DNA from: Phoronis australis
Taxonomy: Eukaryota > Animalia > Phoronida
Direction of reading: 5' to 3'
NCBI GenBank assembly: GCA_002633005.1
Contig: NMRA01000286.1
Location: 422,503-486,502, forward strand
Length of the DNA stretch: 64,000 nucleotides
Below, piece by piece: positions 49,001 through 61,300 of this stretch; the first letter of the stretch is position 1; every line of letters starts with the position of its first letter. A model generated the notes under the pieces. The model ran no database searches and was not told where the DNA came from. It saw only the letters and a program-made list of their open reading frames with translations. The translations under genes and the position numbers were made by a program.

Positions 49001-51884
49001 CAGCGTCCGATTTGACGAACATCAGCTCGACAAAAGCGACAACTGTGGCAACTTCAAACGCAACCTCGCTCCAAAATTTGCGACACTTTCTATGCTTTAC
49101 AACAAAGTTATAGGCCAATAGAGCTTTCTCAGAACATGTTGGCACGGAAATATGTCTCGCTAAAAAAAAAAAAAATCAGAATTAAACTAGCTGATAAAGG
49201 ATCAGCTGTTGTTATAATGGATAAACAGATATATATTGACGAGGCTCTCCGGCAACTTAAAGACACAACATACTACAAACTTTCAGAAAATAATCCCAAC
49301 ACGAAGCATAGCAACATTATAACAAACTATTTTGAATGCTTTTCACTGTGGTCACATTGACAAAGACACCAAAAACTATCCCATTCCTAATAATGCTCAA
49401 TCTAGTCGCTTTTATCTCTTTCCTAAAATCCACAAAGAAGGTAATCCTGGACGCCCAAAATATAGCTAGCGACAACTGCACTACTGAAAAAATTTCTCAG
49501 TTTGTCGAGTACCATCTTCAGCAGTTTGTCCCCACCCTTCCTTCATGTGTTAAAGATACAAATCATTTTCTTAATATAATTAAGAACATCACCGATTTGC
49601 CCAAAACTGTCCTCCTAGTTATTCTTGATGTTAAAAGCTTATACACTAATATTCCTCAACATGAAGGCATAGAAGCCTGCATTAAATTTCTTAGTCAACG
49701 TAATAATCCTAATGTACCTACATCTTCCAATCACTCTCTTTTTGAACATGTACTTACCATGAATCACTTCGCCTTCCATAATAAATATTATCTCCAAATC
49801 TTAGGTATAGCTATGGGCCCTAGAGTTGCCCCTACTTTTGCGAACCTTTTTATGGGAAATCTTGAAAATAATTTCATCAAATCTTGCTTTGAAAAAACTT
49901 CTCTAGCTGAGGTACATTAGCGTCATTTTTATGATCTGGACCCATGACCCACAAAAATTACATGCATTCTTAGAAAATATTAACAAATTTCACCTCACAA
50001 TAACTTTCACCCACGACATTTCTCAAAATAAAATTTCAATTTTAGATGTCACTGTCATCTTTAGTAATGATGAACTAGAAACGGACTTATTCTGTAAAGA
50101 AACCGACAAACACCAATGTCTGTCATATCACTCATGTCACCCCTTTCACTGTAAGAAAAGCCTTCCATATAGTCTTGCACTTAGAATTCGTCGCATTTTT
50201 TCAGAAGAAACTTAATAACCGTTTAAAAGAATTCAAAATACTTACTTCAGCGTCATTTCCTCTTACATCTTATACACAAACAGTTTAACAAAGTCCGCTC
50301 AATCACAAGAAATGAATCTTTAAGAACAAAAGCCCACGATAATACTATTAATAGAATACCTTTCGTAACCATTTTCAATCCATGTTTAAACGGAATTAGC
50401 CACGTCTTCAGAAAGCACCTTTATACTCTGCCTATTTCCCCTCAAATGAAAAACCTATTTCCTCATCCACCAATAATTTCGTGGAGAAAATGTAAAAGCT
50501 CAAAAAATAATTTAGTTAGAGCAAAAATATGGGCTATAAAAACCAAGCTGACAAACTTATTGGCAACACACAATGTAACAAATTTAGATGCAAAATGTGT
50601 AAATTTATCAACGACAATACTTCCTTCCAGTCTTCTCAAACCAATGAACACTTCGAAATGAAGCATTACTCTGACTGCATCACCAACAATATCATTTATC
50701 TAATAACATGTAGAAGATGTTCCATTAAATATGTAGAACAAACTCAACATAATTTACGAACTCGGTTTCGCAATCATGGATTTAACATAATACATAAAAA
50801 CATTTCTGACACTGTAGGTAATCATTTCAATTCCAAAAAGCATAATCTACAAGATCTTTCTGTACAAATAATAGAGCTACTCCAATACCCCAGTCCCCTC
50901 ACACTTAAATTATATCCTTTACTTTTTCCGCAACAATGTATCATGTTCATTACGCCATATATCAGATGTCAATTGTCATATTGTGTTTGATTTTACTTTA
51001 TTTCTGTTTCTGTTGACGAATGATGTTATTATATCCGAAAATTTAAACGATCCAGTTTTATTGTTTTGTTTACATATATAATGTTTATATATATTTCAAA
51101 TGAGCGCATACATTCAAGAATGGTATGACTGGGGAGTTATTATAAATGAGATTTTTTTAATTATGAGTAGACCGTTAAGAATATTTATATCACCAGTACG
51201 AACTAACAAACGAATTTATTACCCTTATTTGAAATGACCTATCCGGCACAGCACTTTCCAGTGCAACCCATTGTAATTTGAAGACGGAGAATATTGAAGC
51301 AAATCATGGATGACATTTAGTTTCGGAATACGCTACAGACTTTGAAAAATGATATGACGATGACCCCATCTACCGAGCCTGATGTCATCAAACAAGTGTC
51401 ACTTGAATGCCTCTCCACAGACTAGCCTCGTTCCTTTGCCTCAAGATGACGCTGATCGGTTTAGCCATTAAACCGATCAGCCTCATCTTGAGGTTTTGAC
51501 TAAGCTCCTCCACAGACGTGCCTAAATATTATGGGTCTGTTTTGGCAGGACATATTTCAGTTTAGGTTCAAGTCGGCAAGTTCCTGCGTTCGGTTTCGAA
51601 TTCTGATATCTAACCGTTTGTTAATTTCTATAATGTACATGACAAATTCGCGTAGTTGCCTACATTCAATAACACTAGAACTATGCGCAATTTAAAAAAT
51701 TTTGTTCTGTTGTAGCATCGACACAGCAATTCATCTAGTGTCGTCGGGAAAGGTTGACGTAAAGCCGTTGATAAGAAACCGATTTCCACTGGAACAAGGC
51801 TTCGATGCGTTCAAGACAGTTGTAAACAAAACAGACGGAGTCATTAAAGCGATCATTTATTGCAATAAGGGAGATCTGCAATAA
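37002..51884 (+). CDS. SORD: Sorbitol dehydrogenase-like zinc-dependent polyol dehydrogenase (MDR family), complete, 8 exons, 358 aa
   Basis: Exons 37002-37061, 39430-39463, 40524-40688, 41917-42076, 43629-43813, 47290-47468, 48737-48861, 51716-51884 sum to 1077 nt in frame. Motifs IPEP, SVGICGSD, GHE, CxxCxxCx7C, LPDNVSPDEGALVE, GAGPIG, DCTG, SGKVDVKPLI. Confidence 0.88.
37500..38410 (+). mobile_element. Decayed Ty3/Gypsy LTR-retrotransposon gag-protease fragment (SORD intron 1)
   Basis: Frameshifted and stop-ridden peptides AERFRL, GEFVRDYVAQLRKLSQHC, LRDRLVCALRND (gag); WLEVDGQ..ME.VDT/GVSVITV and FKTYSGKK (aspartic protease). No LTR seen. Confidence 0.75.
39430..39463 (+). CDS. SORD: SORD-like exon 2 (RKTKIPEPAKG)
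   Basis: 34 nt, TAG/GTAAA, phase 0-1. Confidence 0.8.
40524..40688 (+). CDS. SORD: SORD-like exon 3 (catalytic Zn ligands CGSD, GHE)
   Basis: 165 nt, TAG/GTAAG. Confidence 0.9.
41917..42076 (+). CDS. SORD: SORD-like exon 4 (structural Zn CERCEFCLNGPNQLC)
   Basis: 160 nt, CAG/GTGAGT; not in the ORF track. Confidence 0.9.
43400..43460 (+). mobile_element. Tiny non-LTR retrotransposon RT fragment
   Basis: FLDLSKAFDT..ILL motif typical of CR1/L2-type reverse transcriptases. Confidence 0.5.
43629..43813 (+). CDS. SORD: SORD-like exon 5 (GAGPIG Rossmann motif)
   Basis: 185 nt, CAG/GTGAG. Confidence 0.9.
44094..45571. mobile_element. Composite of related non-autonomous elements (CCAAAGGG.. termini) with internal 19-bp tandem repeat
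   Basis: CCAAAGGGT(T)C..TAAACGAGTA at 44094 and 45245; inverted copies at ~45460-45496 and ~45533-45571; (TACAGATTATAGGTACRCG)x4 at 45151-45226. Confidence 0.55.
46372..46510. mobile_element. Short MITE CATGGGCGG...CCGCCCATG with internal duplication
   Basis: Flanks AATAA/AACAA (5-bp TSD, 1 mismatch). Confidence 0.6.
47290..47468 (+). CDS. SORD: SORD-like exon 6
   Basis: 179 nt, TAG/GTAAGC; AKSLGATH, DCTG. Confidence 0.88.
47676..48121. repeat. Tandem repeat, ~157-bp unit, ~2.8 copies (SORD intron 6)
   Basis: ACCTGTCGTCATGAGAAGACGCT recurs at 47676, 47831 and 47988. Confidence 0.9.
48737..48861 (+). CDS. SORD: SORD-like exon 7 (ATKTQGVLVFVG...GTFAYTPE)
   Basis: 125 nt, CAG/GTAAGT; not in the ORF track. 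Confidence 0.85.
49176..51070 (+). mobile_element. 5'-truncated, decayed Penelope-like retroelement (RT + GIY-YIG endonuclease) in SORD intron 7
   Basis: ADKGSAVVIMD, LDVKSLYTNIP, GIAMGPRVAPTFANLFM, mutated catalytic RYISVIFMIW (from YIDD), SCHPFHCKKSLPYSLALRIRRI, C2C motif and IIYLITC..C..KYVEQT..LRTRF..H; multiple frameshifts. Confidence 0.92.
51439..51493. repeat. 25-bp-stem hairpin within an 85-bp insert bounded by 10-bp direct repeats
   Basis: CCTCAAGATGACGCTGATCGGTTTA-GCCAT-TAAACCGATCAGCCTCATCTTGAGG; CTCCACAGAC at 51413 and 51508. Confidence 0.8.
51716..51884 (+). CDS. SORD: SORD-like last exon
   Basis: 169 nt to TAA; AIHLVSSGKVDVKPLI..RFPLEQ..DAF. Confidence 0.88.
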
Positions 51885-54350
51885 GTGCATCCCTTGGTTT
51901 TTCTTAAAATCCTGCTTGTGTCGTTGGGGGCTACATTCAATCTCGTCAATTCTATCGTAGACTCCGGTGACCTAAAGACGTGAATATAAGCATAAAAAGT
52001 AGCTGATTGTCATACTACCCAGTGTCCGTCAGCAACTGCTCATGTGATGTCATGGACATTTATCAGCCTTCACAAATATACGTGTTCTTCCAGTCTTAGC
52101 CCGTGTTTTTCTCCGTAAGCAGAGTTTTGAAACGGTCGCTCATATCGCCGGCCATTTTGAATGAGGCCCTAAAGTCGTGACCGTTTCGTTTAGACGGAAA
52201 TGCACGAAGTAAGGCCACACAAATCAACTACAGTGCTTACAGTTATTCTAGACGACCTAAAAACGCATTGCATTGTTTATCAGTTCAGTTGAAATAAATA
52301 GTTAATATGTGTTTTGCACCCAATTCCGATATGCGGTAGACGTTTTCAATGAGGATGTTAACGTAAAACGTAAAGAAACCAGGTTCAATTATCTCACTGT
52401 ACTTTATTGCTTTCATTGGCTTAACAAAACTTGATCGACCCTGGGACATTTTGATACATTGTTCAAGCTACCCCTGGAGCGCGTGTTTGAGCAAATCTGA
52501 ACGATGTATATTTGCGAAAATATATTCTGAAAATGCACAAAAAGTGGATTAGTGAAATATGCATGAGCTGTCTACAACATCTCTCGTGGCGCTTTTTATT
52601 GCCCATCTTTCCAGAGGTTATTATTTTATCTTTATGTTATTTGTACACTCATATTTCTGTACCTTATCAGTCATAATAAATGACCTTATATCGCCGAAAC
52701 TCGGTCTTCTTCGTATCTCTGGAAACGGAGCTTGAGACGCACCTATTATTTTCGGGACATATTCCGAACATAAATGATATTTCACCCGTTAAATATATTT
52801 ATGTGAGAATATGGACTCGTCCCATTTATACCCCCATCTTTCGGACTGGTCCATTAACCCCTTGTGTAGATTCGCATGCAGTCCTCCTGCACTCGAGAAT
52901 TCATGGACCGATTAATAACAGTCATGAATCTCCACCAACTTTTCATAATATGAAGGCGACTTGTGGAACCCTCGTTTTTTATAGGTGAAATTGGAATGCG
53001 ACAGGCTTTAGTTTTTAAAAAAAAGTTTGTAGTTTCAGTATCTTCAAGGTTACGACCAGAAAATCAAACTTTAGCTTAAAACAATAAGGATTTCAAGAAG
53101 GGTTTTTTAAATATTGTACAGTCGTTTTTGGTGACCTTGGCCTCATTTCCAGAGTAATAGCGAGTATTGACTTGAACTTAGAAAATGTTGGCGCAATATC
53201 TCAAGGAGAGACCTTTAGATTTTGTTCACATTTTGTACCTAGGTGGATTTGGGGCATCTCCAGGCGCCAGTCGAGTGTTGACGACCTTTGGATCCCGGGA
53301 AGGGAGTTTCAGATTCAGTTCAAAGTTTGTTCCACTGTGCATGCAGGTCATCTCCATGAGCTAGTCAATTTTTGGTGACCTTGTCATCATTTTCAAGGTC
53401 ATAGTGAGAAATTTAAATGTTTTCGAGATAACTCAAGCTTTACATTTTGTTCATATTCTGCCCTGAGGTGTACTAGGAGGGAGCATCTCCATGCGCCAGG
53501 CGATTTTGGCGACTGCCATAATTTTCTAGTTCATGATGCACTCTATTAAAGTTCATTTTAATGGGACATTTCCTCATTTGAAGATTTTGAGAATTGTTAT
53601 CGTCGGTATGATCATTTCCAGATATACTGAATATGCTGTTCTAAAGATAGTTGGTGTGATAGTGGACAAAAAGGTCTATCAGAGAGAATGCATAGCGGTG
53701 CACTACTTAGCAAAAATTCTGATTTTGTTGTTATAAGATGTTATACATTCTTAGAGAACGATTATTTCTTTTCAATTTTTTAATAAAAATAAAATCATTT
53801 GCTATACTGATCTACTTACCTAAGTACACTGAAAAACAACTACACGGTCACAGAAATTCCCAACAATCCAAATGACGGCATTTCGACGCCAAGGTAATAG
53901 ATGTTTGCCCAACCATTCAGCTCGCCAGGGGAGGTGACCACGCAAAGCGTATGTTTAGTAACAGCGGCAAACAAATCTCAGACCACTTACAAATACTGCT
54001 TGGTTTTTAAAAATAGTGTGAATTCTGTGTAATTATATATTACGAAATTTGTAAAATATTTTTAAAATGTGTGAAGGAAAACAGTGTGGAAGGAATGATC
54101 AATTCCAATGAAAATATCAGTTGGTCCGATGACCGTTGTCTTAAAGTGTCATGCTGAACTCAACATAAATTGCGGAGAAAGTCGTTCTCACGGATCAAAT
54201 CTTTATGGATCAAATCTTACTCTGTGAAGTCAGAGAGGGTGGAAATGCAATAAATGGTAATATCTTGGGTAATCATTAAGCGGTAAATACATCTCATCGT
54301 TCAACAGTAGGATATAAATAAACCACGGCAAGGTTGTGAACATTACTGAT

Positions 54351-54580
54351 CATGCGCGCACCCATAGGGAAGGGCGCGAATTTTTTAGTATGCGAACCTT
54401 TTACTAAAAAAAGAAAACGGGGTACGTTCAGAGCTATGAGTTGTGCATTTGTTCTTGCCTTTTGAGTGGACTTTTCTCTGCTTTTTCGGACTTTTTGTTT
54501 CTCTAAGGCGAACCTTTATGCCTACTTCGCCAAATTGAGGGGCTCGTTGGAGCTCCCGTACCCCCCTGGATGCGCGCATG
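54351..54580. mobile_element. MITE with CATGCGCGCAYCC TIRs and perfect 5-bp TSD
   Basis: CTGAT|CATGCGCGCACCC ... GGATGCGCGCATG|CTGAT. Confidence 0.75.
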
Positions 54581-55231
54581 CTGATAATCGATAACTTTGC
54601 TATCTGTATTTGCTCAATAACATCGGTTGTCTCGAACCCCATGGACAAAACCTTTTTCAAGCAATGCACCATGAGCATAACATACAATTTTTGAGAACAA
54701 GCAGATTGCAAGTTTTCAAGTTTAATTTTGAATTTCTTGTAATGGTCAACCAGAAATTGAACGGACACAAACAACATTTTCATTATATTGCAGTTAGGAA
54801 TGATAGTGCTTGAGAGACGAACACCTACAAGCCAATCACATACAGTTACTCTCAAATAAAAGAACTCTGAGACCTCTCAAATATAACAGGCTCATACGCT
54901 AAAAATTACGTGAAAGAGGCACAATGAAATTCAAACTATTCTTGTCTTGACACATTTTCCAATTGTAGTTGCCCCAACAAAACAGAAAAAGGTCATGTCA
55001 ATGTATCACAAATCACGATTTCCAACTAAAAGAAACACCATTGTTAAAAGCTTGATCGTTTTAAGGAATCTTAGGCAAGGGAAACAAGTTAAAAATCAAG
55101 TCTCCATTGCGCAGTAAGTAATCTTCAACAATTAAATTTCTCAATGTGACCCCTGTGTTTAATGGATCTCATGACTGCATCAGGGGACCAATTGAAGCTT
55201 TTCCAACGTCACGTGACTCAAATATCCGGTC

Positions 55232-55316
55232 TTACAGCTGAACCTTGTCTTGATCTACCAGTGGAAACGAAGAAGCATCGCGGGTATCCATATGTTTCTT
55301 TTTATCAACCTTATCT
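55232..55316 (-). CDS. SLC22-like terminal exon
   Basis: Long polypyrimidine tract plus CAG, phase-2 compatible, TAA at 55232-55234. Confidence 0.7.
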
Positions 55317-58300
55317 CTGGAAACAAAAAAACAACATGAAATGAGATTCATCTATAATAATGTATTAGGGAAAAAGGTGGTCTACTCGTCTTTCTTGGCA
55401 TTTTAACAATGTTTTTTTTTACAATGCTCTAGTCGGTCTCAGCGGATACTAAAGCTTTCCGCCCCTCAAGAACAGGCACACAAGGGCGTACACCTTGGTT
55501 TGTTGTCTATCATTGCCTGAGTGGAGGATTGTCTTTATCAAAACGAATCCTTGACATTATTGGGAGGGAAGGTTGAATGCAGTAAGTTTAAAATACTCCG
55601 AGTATACTCACGAAACACTCAGTGACGTATAATGTTAGTCAATGGTAATTTCTTGCAGAAATTGACAAAAACGCCACATTTTTGGGGGCGAGACGGGAGT
55701 TTGCTATAATAAGCTACAGGGCGTATATTCGGAAAATGTAAATTTTCATCTTTCTGAAACAAAAACTAAAAGCCTAGGCAAACTTTCTGAAACAGAGGTC
55801 CTATAAACAGAAAATGTGCCAGCGGCATATTGATAGGGACTAATGACCAATATGCGATATTAAGGGAGCATGTGGTACCATCGACATCATTTGCTAAGTT
55901 TATTGTACAAATAAGCCAAAAACGTGTCGAACCGTACGCCCGGTTTCTATTGAAACCTGAAACCTTGTCTTCGATGGGCACTCGCTGATACCGTTCAGTT
56001 TGGGAAACCCCGTGAGCTCTTCGTTTTATTGTTAACTATTGGACTACTATACCTGCAGCGTAATCGAATAGCGTTGATCTCTTCGGCATCTTCCACTGTG
56101 TCCACCAATGGGCGCTCGTACGTTTCCGGAACAAGCAAGGCCAAAACAGCCAGCAGGAGGAGACTAGACCCAAAGACGACGTAGGGTAATCTTCTCGACG
56201 TCTCAGCCTACAAAAAATGCATGCTAACGATTTTCTGGTTATTGTAAGTGCTCTTTCATTTGCTTGCCTAAACTTTTTCGCCGATCCCTTTCCGTTAATG
56301 TCCGTGTAGGGCCGACAGTCATAGCACAGGCACCTTTAATCAGCCCTCAACTATACACCAAATAAAGAGAAAGGTACACAGCTGCCTCCCGTTCAGTAAC
56401 GCTAGGACCTCGTTAAAAAGCAAGACTTCGCGAGATTACGTGATATATTTCAGTGTATTTTAAGTGAGAGCACGTGACTAAAACTAGATTTAAGCTAGGT
56501 CCTAGCGTAGGTCCTAGCGTAGGTCCTAGCGTTACTGAACGCACGCCCGCTATCCAATGTGGCCGCCTGTCGGGCACTTCCGGAATAACATGTTTGGAGT
56601 TATTACGGAAGTGCCCGGCAGATGGCCATATTGGATAGTAGTTGTATACCTTTCTCTTTATTTAGTGTATAGTTGAGGGCTGATTAAAGGTGCCTGTGGT
56701 CACAGTAACCTGACGTTCATAATAATACTGGGGTCTTGCCTCAGGGTGCATTTTGAAGTATTCTGTTATTCTTTTGGGTCGCGTTTTAACCAGTTTGAAA
56801 TAGTTTTAGGACTCCAGTGTGTTGCTACGCAATGCGTTTCAGTGATCACACTCCGCAAAGTAGGCCTAAGCTCTATGAACAAAATCGGTAAATCCTGGAA
56901 CAGCAGCTACACTTCCTACCGTAAAAATATATATGACCGTCCCAAGGGGGATGGGGCGGTGAGACATTGGCGGGGATAAAGTGCTAAGGGAAAACTCCAA
57001 CCCAAGGAATGCGAACGTAATAATGGATCGATCTCTCTTTAGCAAATCTGTTTCCTGTCAGACCTTGTCACGCGCCGACTTCAGGGTTCCGTGACGTTTA
57101 CTTGTTTTCATATTCTGGAGATTCATGGGTTTTTTAGTTTATCCCTTGGAATCCGGATGAAGAAACACCAATAAAAGTAATTCTAGGCTGGTGCGACACC
57201 ACGTGGTCGGTTTTGAAACACCCTGCCTATCTCCTTCCCAAAAGAATTACTACAGCGACCGATAACATTAGCCTTACCATCAAAACGACGAAGGGAGAAA
57301 GCATGGCCCCAATTCTTGCCCACATGGATCCAATACCCAGTCCAGTTGTCCTGATGGGAGTTGGGTACACCTCAGTCGTGTAAACATACATTAAGGCGAA
57401 CATGAGCCCATTGGCCATTTGTCCTATGAGCGTCAGCACCAGGCTGGCTGTGGAGGCACCTTGAGTGGAAACATTTGTACCATTTAGATCTTTGGAAGTA
57501 ACCATCGTCTTTTTACTCGCATATGCCTTGGTCAAGTATTTTTAGTTCATCGTTGCAACTTATGCGAAGCATTTTGTATTACTAACTTGCCAGACGTAAA
57601 GAGCTTACTGACATTGTTATGTGGCAGCTGGCTAACAGAGAGCATAGTTCCTACTCAGCGCCAAGGTTAAATGACACAGCTTCATATTCAGGGAATTGTG
57701 GGTAAAACGCTCGGCTTTGCAGAGTTTCTTTTTTTCCAAAAGTTGTGTCATCAGCATGCAAAATAATGATTTCTCTTTCGTTTTTACCAGAAAACTACCG
57801 GTACGCAGTGAAGCTGTTTTACATATAGGCCACTTTCAGTTGTATTCTCGATTCTACATCAGCTTTCTTGAAAATCAAATTTTATAATTCCTCGCTGGCG
57901 AGTTAAGGATATCTCCAACCTTATTCACAAAAATTGTCTAGCAAAATACCTTATCTTCATTCTCGGGGAACTTCAAATACAAAATATATATTGCATAGCG
58001 AGAAAAAAAGATTGCGAGTGAAAGTTGTAATAGCTAACATTGTTAGGGATTGTATAGGTTATGTGTACCGAAAACAAGTTTTCACCGAATAATTAACCGA
58101 AGACTTTGAGATTTTCACTTGTCCCAGTTTAATCGGCTTTTTCTCGGCTTCAGCAAATCGACTTTATTTGAAATTAGGAACACTAGTTCTCGAAAACGGC
58201 TCGATGGATTTCGCTGAAACTTTTCAAACTTAATGTTTAGTCTTGAATTTCAAAAACTCTTTTAGGATTTTTGATATAAATTCCCAGTTTTTGCGTAATG

Positions 58301-61300
58301 TGACAAAGACGAATACGACTTCAAATTGTTTACAAAAATACCTTACGTTTTTGCGAGTTGATTCGTCACAGAAACCAAACGAACAGACTTATCGAAAATA
58401 CCTAACAGCGTTTTTGAGGTAACAGGTGAAGTTTTCATTTAAAAAAGGTTTCATTGAAATCGACCGAGGGGTTATTTTTACTATGAATGTACCTTTCTTA
58501 AAATGAAATTTTAACTTAAAAAAATTTTCAAGTAAAAATAATAATGGAGCATAAATACAAAAAGTGTATTTATATATCCTGGTTTTTTGTTCTTTCAGAA
58601 AATATATACTTTTACTAGTTGACAAAGCTTAGTTTTTTGATATACGAATTAGAATGGAGACCACTAAATAAGGTTCGAGATAACCTTAAGTCAATAGCCA
58701 TTAAGCATGACTTTGAGGTCTTACCGTCCGTAGCGATGGCTACCATGGCTGTTGACGTGCCAGCAATTAGTGCAAAGGAAATCAACGAGTAGCGACGTCT
58801 CATATAGTTGGCCACGCAAATAATTGGAAGCCTGCCGATCTGGACGAGGCTCAAAAGTATGAAGTTCAAATAGATGTTGCCGAATAGGTTACCGACGTTG
58901 TAAGCCAGACCATAGCCAGTCATGCCGACTGTGAACCAGCCGTACCAGATGATGACACTTGTCTTTCGGAGGTTTGGAGTACGTACAAGGTCTACTGCTG
59001 AGGGGGACTCTTTCTTCACCTTGAAAGACCGTAGTAACGTGTGTATCCATGATTTGATATAAAAAAAAAAAAAACACCTGAACCAATGACACTATCCCAA
59101 ACCCATATGATCATATGTTACAGAAGATTTGCTATCAAACGATTTAGTGAAATGCACATTCTTTATCATTCTGTGAATTGTTGGCTGGAGGCGTTCACAA
59201 AGCAACGGTGAACGGTTAAGTGACGCTAACATTGTTATTGCCACTTTAAGAAATCTTTAACCAATCCCTTTTGTGAACATACAGGGTGTCCCAAAACGTA
59301 ATCACACAGACCGTGCTACACTAAGTACCGAATGACCCATGACATACATACTGGAATGTACTCTGGACAAGTCCCTCCAGAAATACAAAAGAAATCAAAA
59401 CTGCGCTAGCTCAAACACAAAAAACAGGACCTCATTAGGTGACCCTTACACTAACAGGATTTGTACAAGAAAGCGTGCACTGATCAACTCAAAGTATCCA
59501 GCTAACTCCACGGCATATCGCCTTCATGGCACCATCACAGAGTGAACTGAGCTAGTCGCTATTCATGGGATTGTCTGAATGTGCATTGGACGAGATAATT
59601 GCGTAAGTAACCAACGCGCGTGTTTAGCGGACCAGTTTCAAAGTAAAAAGGACTAACAAGCGACCAACTTGACTTTTTTAAAATTAAAAAGTAAATGTTA
59701 GCCGCGTTCGAAATTTTAAAATCGCTGCATTTTAAGAAAAATTAGGGAATAGTTTTTTTAGGTAGCGCGGCTGCGCCAGGCACATTAATTTGTGAATCGA
59801 TTACAGCGGGCTAGTCACAGTCTAGCTTAAGCTCACTAAGGCATTGGGGGTAATAAAACCTCAAATACTTGAGTAGGAGGTGCGTCATGCTCACAAGCAC
59901 ATGATAAATGGCCTTCAGACAAAATACGCTCTAGGATGGGCTCGGCAGTAAACCCCAAACATCTCATCCACAGAATGCTGTTGAAATTTCAAAATTCAAC
60001 GTACTGGTCGAAACTGATTTAAAACAAATATCGAGCCACACTGAATTGTCCTCTGGGAAGGGCTCTCCAGAAATCCTGAATGGATACCACCGAAATTGAA
60101 GTAGCTCAAACATCAGAGGTATCGCAACAATGTCATTTGATTCAAGCGCACATGTCACTGATCACTAAATGCCACCTGACAGACAAAATATATTCTGTGT
60201 TCAGCCCGCCAGAACTCCACCCCCAAATCACATCTAAGAAATGCTGTTAAAATTACGCGATGATTTTGATATTACAAAGGGGGTCAAAACATTCAAGTAA
60301 GTCTACCACCCATGATTCAGCACTTGCCAACGAATAACATGTGACACATAAAATACACTGTAGGTATGCCCCACCAGAAACCCCCAAACATCTTTCCCGC
60401 AGAATGCTGTTGACATCTCGATCAAAATTTGAAATTCGAGGTACCGGCCGAAATTGACCTAAAACGAATAATCATGTGATACTGAACACCAAATGAAAAT
60501 TTGCACACTGCCACATGCCTTATTGATTAGAGGTATGTTGGCTTACCGACTCATTGGGATCTCGAAACCCCGAGAAAATGAAGTCAGGATTTCGAGATCT
60601 TGAGATTCCGAGATATTTAAGTCAGGAACTCGAGATCCCGAGATAATTGAAGGCGTAGGCAACCTTTTTTTATGTCAATTTTAGCAAAAATAAGGTTCGT
60701 TGATTATCCCAGACGCATTTTTCACTTAATTACAGCTTTTCGTAATTTGATTAATTTCTCCTCCTCTACTCAGGAAGTGACGTTTTAGGAGGCAAGAGTT
60801 TCGCGCCAATTTCTTTTCATTATTGTCTATGAGGGCTGTCGAGACAGTCATTGTTCAACCTCAGTTGTGATAAGTTCGGTCATCGTTTGCTTTTGTTTAC
60901 AAGTCAGTCAACATGCCACGCTGTTGCTGTGTGCCGGGATGTACTCATTATCGTCTCACACGCGCTTTGGGTGACCTTGCGTCGCTTTCCGAAGGATGAC
61001 ACACTTCGCCGTACTTGGCTTGCTCGTTCATGTGAAGAACGCAACGCTACCCGTCCACGCAACGTACAAAGCAGTGGAGGGTTACCGAGTGTGTGGCAAG
61101 TATTTTCTGCCGTCAGATTACGACAGAGATATGTACGCTGAATTGATGAAGGACCCTGCGAAACAACGCCTGAAGAAGTGTACCATACCATCGCTGTTGA
61201 TTCCCGGCAGTGTTCCGTCGCCAACCCCGAGAAGCGAGAAGCCTCGCGAGCTGTGGCCACTATATACAGTGACCGGAGGCACTTCATCTACTGTCACCCG

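Noticed and set aside
54385-54855. 156-aa minus-strand ORF
   Set aside because: Runs through the 54351-54580 MITE, GTG start, no recognisable motif.
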